From positions 1 through 26,210 of the forward strand of contig WAPY01000002.1 in the NCBI GenBank assembly GCA_015520525.1: a DNA stretch of 26,210 nt, read 5' to 3'. The position numbers were made by a program, and so were the translations under genes. Below the pieces are notes generated by a model that saw only the letters and a program-made list of their open reading frames with translations, had not been told where the DNA came from and made no database searches. Source of the DNA: Candidatus Woesearchaeota archaeon (GTDB lineage Archaea; Nanobdellota; Nanobdellia; Woesearchaeales; WAPY01). Below are positions 24,744 through 26,210 of the stretch, in pieces; position 1 is the stretch's first letter, and every line of letters begins with the position of its first letter.

Positions 24744-25874
24744 TCAAGCATAATCTTTTAATCTCCTCACCATCTTCAACTTCTGATTATTCTCTATGTT
24801 TGTCTCCTCTATTATGCTCTTCAAGAATTCAATGTTCTTGTCCATTAATCTTTTGTTCACTGGGTAGGGTATTCCATCCTTGCCTCCGTGGGCGAAGGAG
24901 TACTCTGTTGGGTCATGCCAGTCAATTTCGGTGCCGTAAATTATTTTGGATATCAACGCTAAAGACCTCAATGTTTTTGGACCGAAGCCTCTTATCTTAA
25001 TCAGCTCCTCATAATTTGATGGTTGAAGTTCGTACGCTTTTTTCATCACATCCTTAAGACCTTTTAGGTTTCTAAAATTCATGTCTTTGATGAAGTGGTT
25101 TCTCGGCATGTTCAACTCTTTAAAATTTGGGTCAATAAATCTCAACAAACTCTCCTGCCTGTTTGATTCTATCAGTCTTATTGTGCTCTTATAATCTTTA
25201 GCGAGGTCTAAACTTGTCTTTCTTGTCTCTTCAGATTTCTTAGATGTCAGATTGAGAATTAGTTTTTTCTCTTTAAAACCAATTATCCCGTTCTCTTTTG
25301 AGTGAGGTTCGTCAATGAAGCTTTTTGTTTCAAAACTGAGCCAGTGATACCTCCTTGCGTAGTTGTTATTTTTGTTCAACCCCTGCTGAACAATGGTCCA
25401 ATTTCCTTTTTCATCAACTATTACAACATGATGATACAGAGAATAATTATCTTGAATCAAGGAATTGTCCACTTTTGCTGTTGTAATTGAAGCGTTGATT
25501 AAAGAGTTTATTTTTGAATCTCTCATATTGAATTCATCGGAGAAGTTTAAGATATCTTCTTTTGTTTTTAGAGAGGTTTTCCCCTTGCCCCCAGCTATAA
25601 ACAAGCCAAGTTCTTCGGCTTTTTTATTAATTGAGAACTTCAATGCTCCAGTAAGTGTTGTTGTGAGCCCGGATGAGTGCCAGTCGAAACCAAGGACGCA
25701 ACCCAAACTCTGAAAAAAGTAAGGGTTTGACATCCTACTCAAAAACTCTTTAGCTCCATACTCATCAACGATAATTTTAGTTATCTCATAGCCTAACTTC
25801 GTCATTCTTTTGAAGAGCCAGGCAGGTGCTTTGCCGTTGTGCAATGGCAGATTTGCCAAGCCAGTTCGTTTCAT
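24744..25874 (-). CDS. DUF763 domain-containing protein
   Basis: LPLHNGKAPAWLFKRM, FQSLGCVLGFDWHSSGLTTT, AGGKG, YHH, VQQG, RRYHW and FAHGGKDGIPYPV. Confidence 0.9.
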   Translation of the reverse strand: MKRTGLANLPLHNGKAPAWLFKRMTKLGYEITKIIVDEYGAKEFLSRMSNPYFFQSLGCVLGFDWHSSGLTTTLTGALKFSINKKAEELGLFIAGGKGKTSLKTKEDILNFSDEFNMRDSKINSLINASITTAKVDNSLIQDNYSLYHHVVIVDEKGNWTIVQQGLNKNNNYARRYHWLSFETKSFIDEPHSKENGIIGFKEKKLILNLTSKKSEETRKTSLDLAKDYKSTIRLIESNRQESLLRFIDPNFKELNMPRNHFIKDMNFRNLKGLKDVMKKAYELQPSNYEELIKIRGFGPKTLRSLALISKIIYGTEIDWHDPTEYSFAHGGKDGIPYPVNKRLMDKNIEFLKSIIEETNIENNQKLKMVRRLKDYA

Positions 25875-25914
25875 AAATCTTTTTAGTTAAATGAACTTTA
25901 AACCTGTTTCTTAC

Positions 25915-26210
25915 TTACCTGTCCAGTGAGTTAAAACGGAGGGCGTCCTCGCACTTGTAGAAATTATTGAACATGATATAACTTTCTTCATTTGTGTTCT
26001 TTACCAACTCGTAAACCTTCTTAAGCTCATCATCAGAGAACTTGTAATTGTACATCATCTTCCCGCCGAAGCCGTGAAGTCTAAAATAATTTATTCTCCC
26101 GTTAATCTTATTGTTCCGTAAGGGATCAACACATTCATTTAGTTCATTTGTTTTTAAGAAATTTAAGAGTTCTTTATCCTCTAAGATTTCTCCCCTCGGC
26201 TCCCAAACAA
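25915..26210 (-). CDS. DUF72 family protein, 3' part (starts beyond window edge; not in the ORF track)
   Basis: Hand translation: VWEPRGE...CVDPL...YFRLHGFGG...YKFSDDEL...YIMFNN...DALRFNSLDR*, stop TAA at 25915-25917. WEPRG, YFRLHG and YxxFNN are DUF72 motifs. Confidence 0.88.
   Translation of the reverse strand, partial: VWEPRGEILEDKELLNFLKTNELNECVDPLRNNKINGRINYFRLHGFGGKMMYNYKFSDDELKKVYELVKNTNEESYIMFNNFYKCEDALRFNSLDR

Overview
AT-rich, gene-dense archaeal window. A DPANN lineage (Woesearchaeota/Nanoarchaeota-like) is inferred from archaeal-type IleRS, AlaRS, RtcB, archease, Nre and OGG2, from BRE/TATA promoters with many apparently leaderless genes, and from prepilin-like ORFs; the taxonomy is not proven. 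Left to right: the 3' end of a probable methyltransferase; a GT4 glycosyltransferase split by one in-frame TAG; a membrane-anchored serpin; an Acr3-like transporter; lrpA-rtcB transcribed divergently from an oxidative-stress cluster (peroxiredoxin, flavodiiron protein, stand-alone encapsulated-ferritin-like protein, desulfoferrodoxin, 8-oxoG glycosylase); then archease, a small acidic ORF and two prepilin-like ORFs on the minus strand; ileS; a wHTH protein; a histone-H1-like basic protein; Nre; alaS, tRNA-Val(CAC) and a long AlaX; hisS; two tandem degenerate PHP proteins; a glycine-zipper orphan; a possible AbrB remnant; DUF763; and a partial DUF72 gene that is not in the ORF track. No CRISPR array, transposase, integrase or rRNA was seen. 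The most interesting signals are the RtcB/archease pair enclosing a redox-defence cluster, the H1-like gene with a 5' hairpin, and several enzymes with non-canonical active-site residues. All family calls are by motif recognition from memory; no database search was run.
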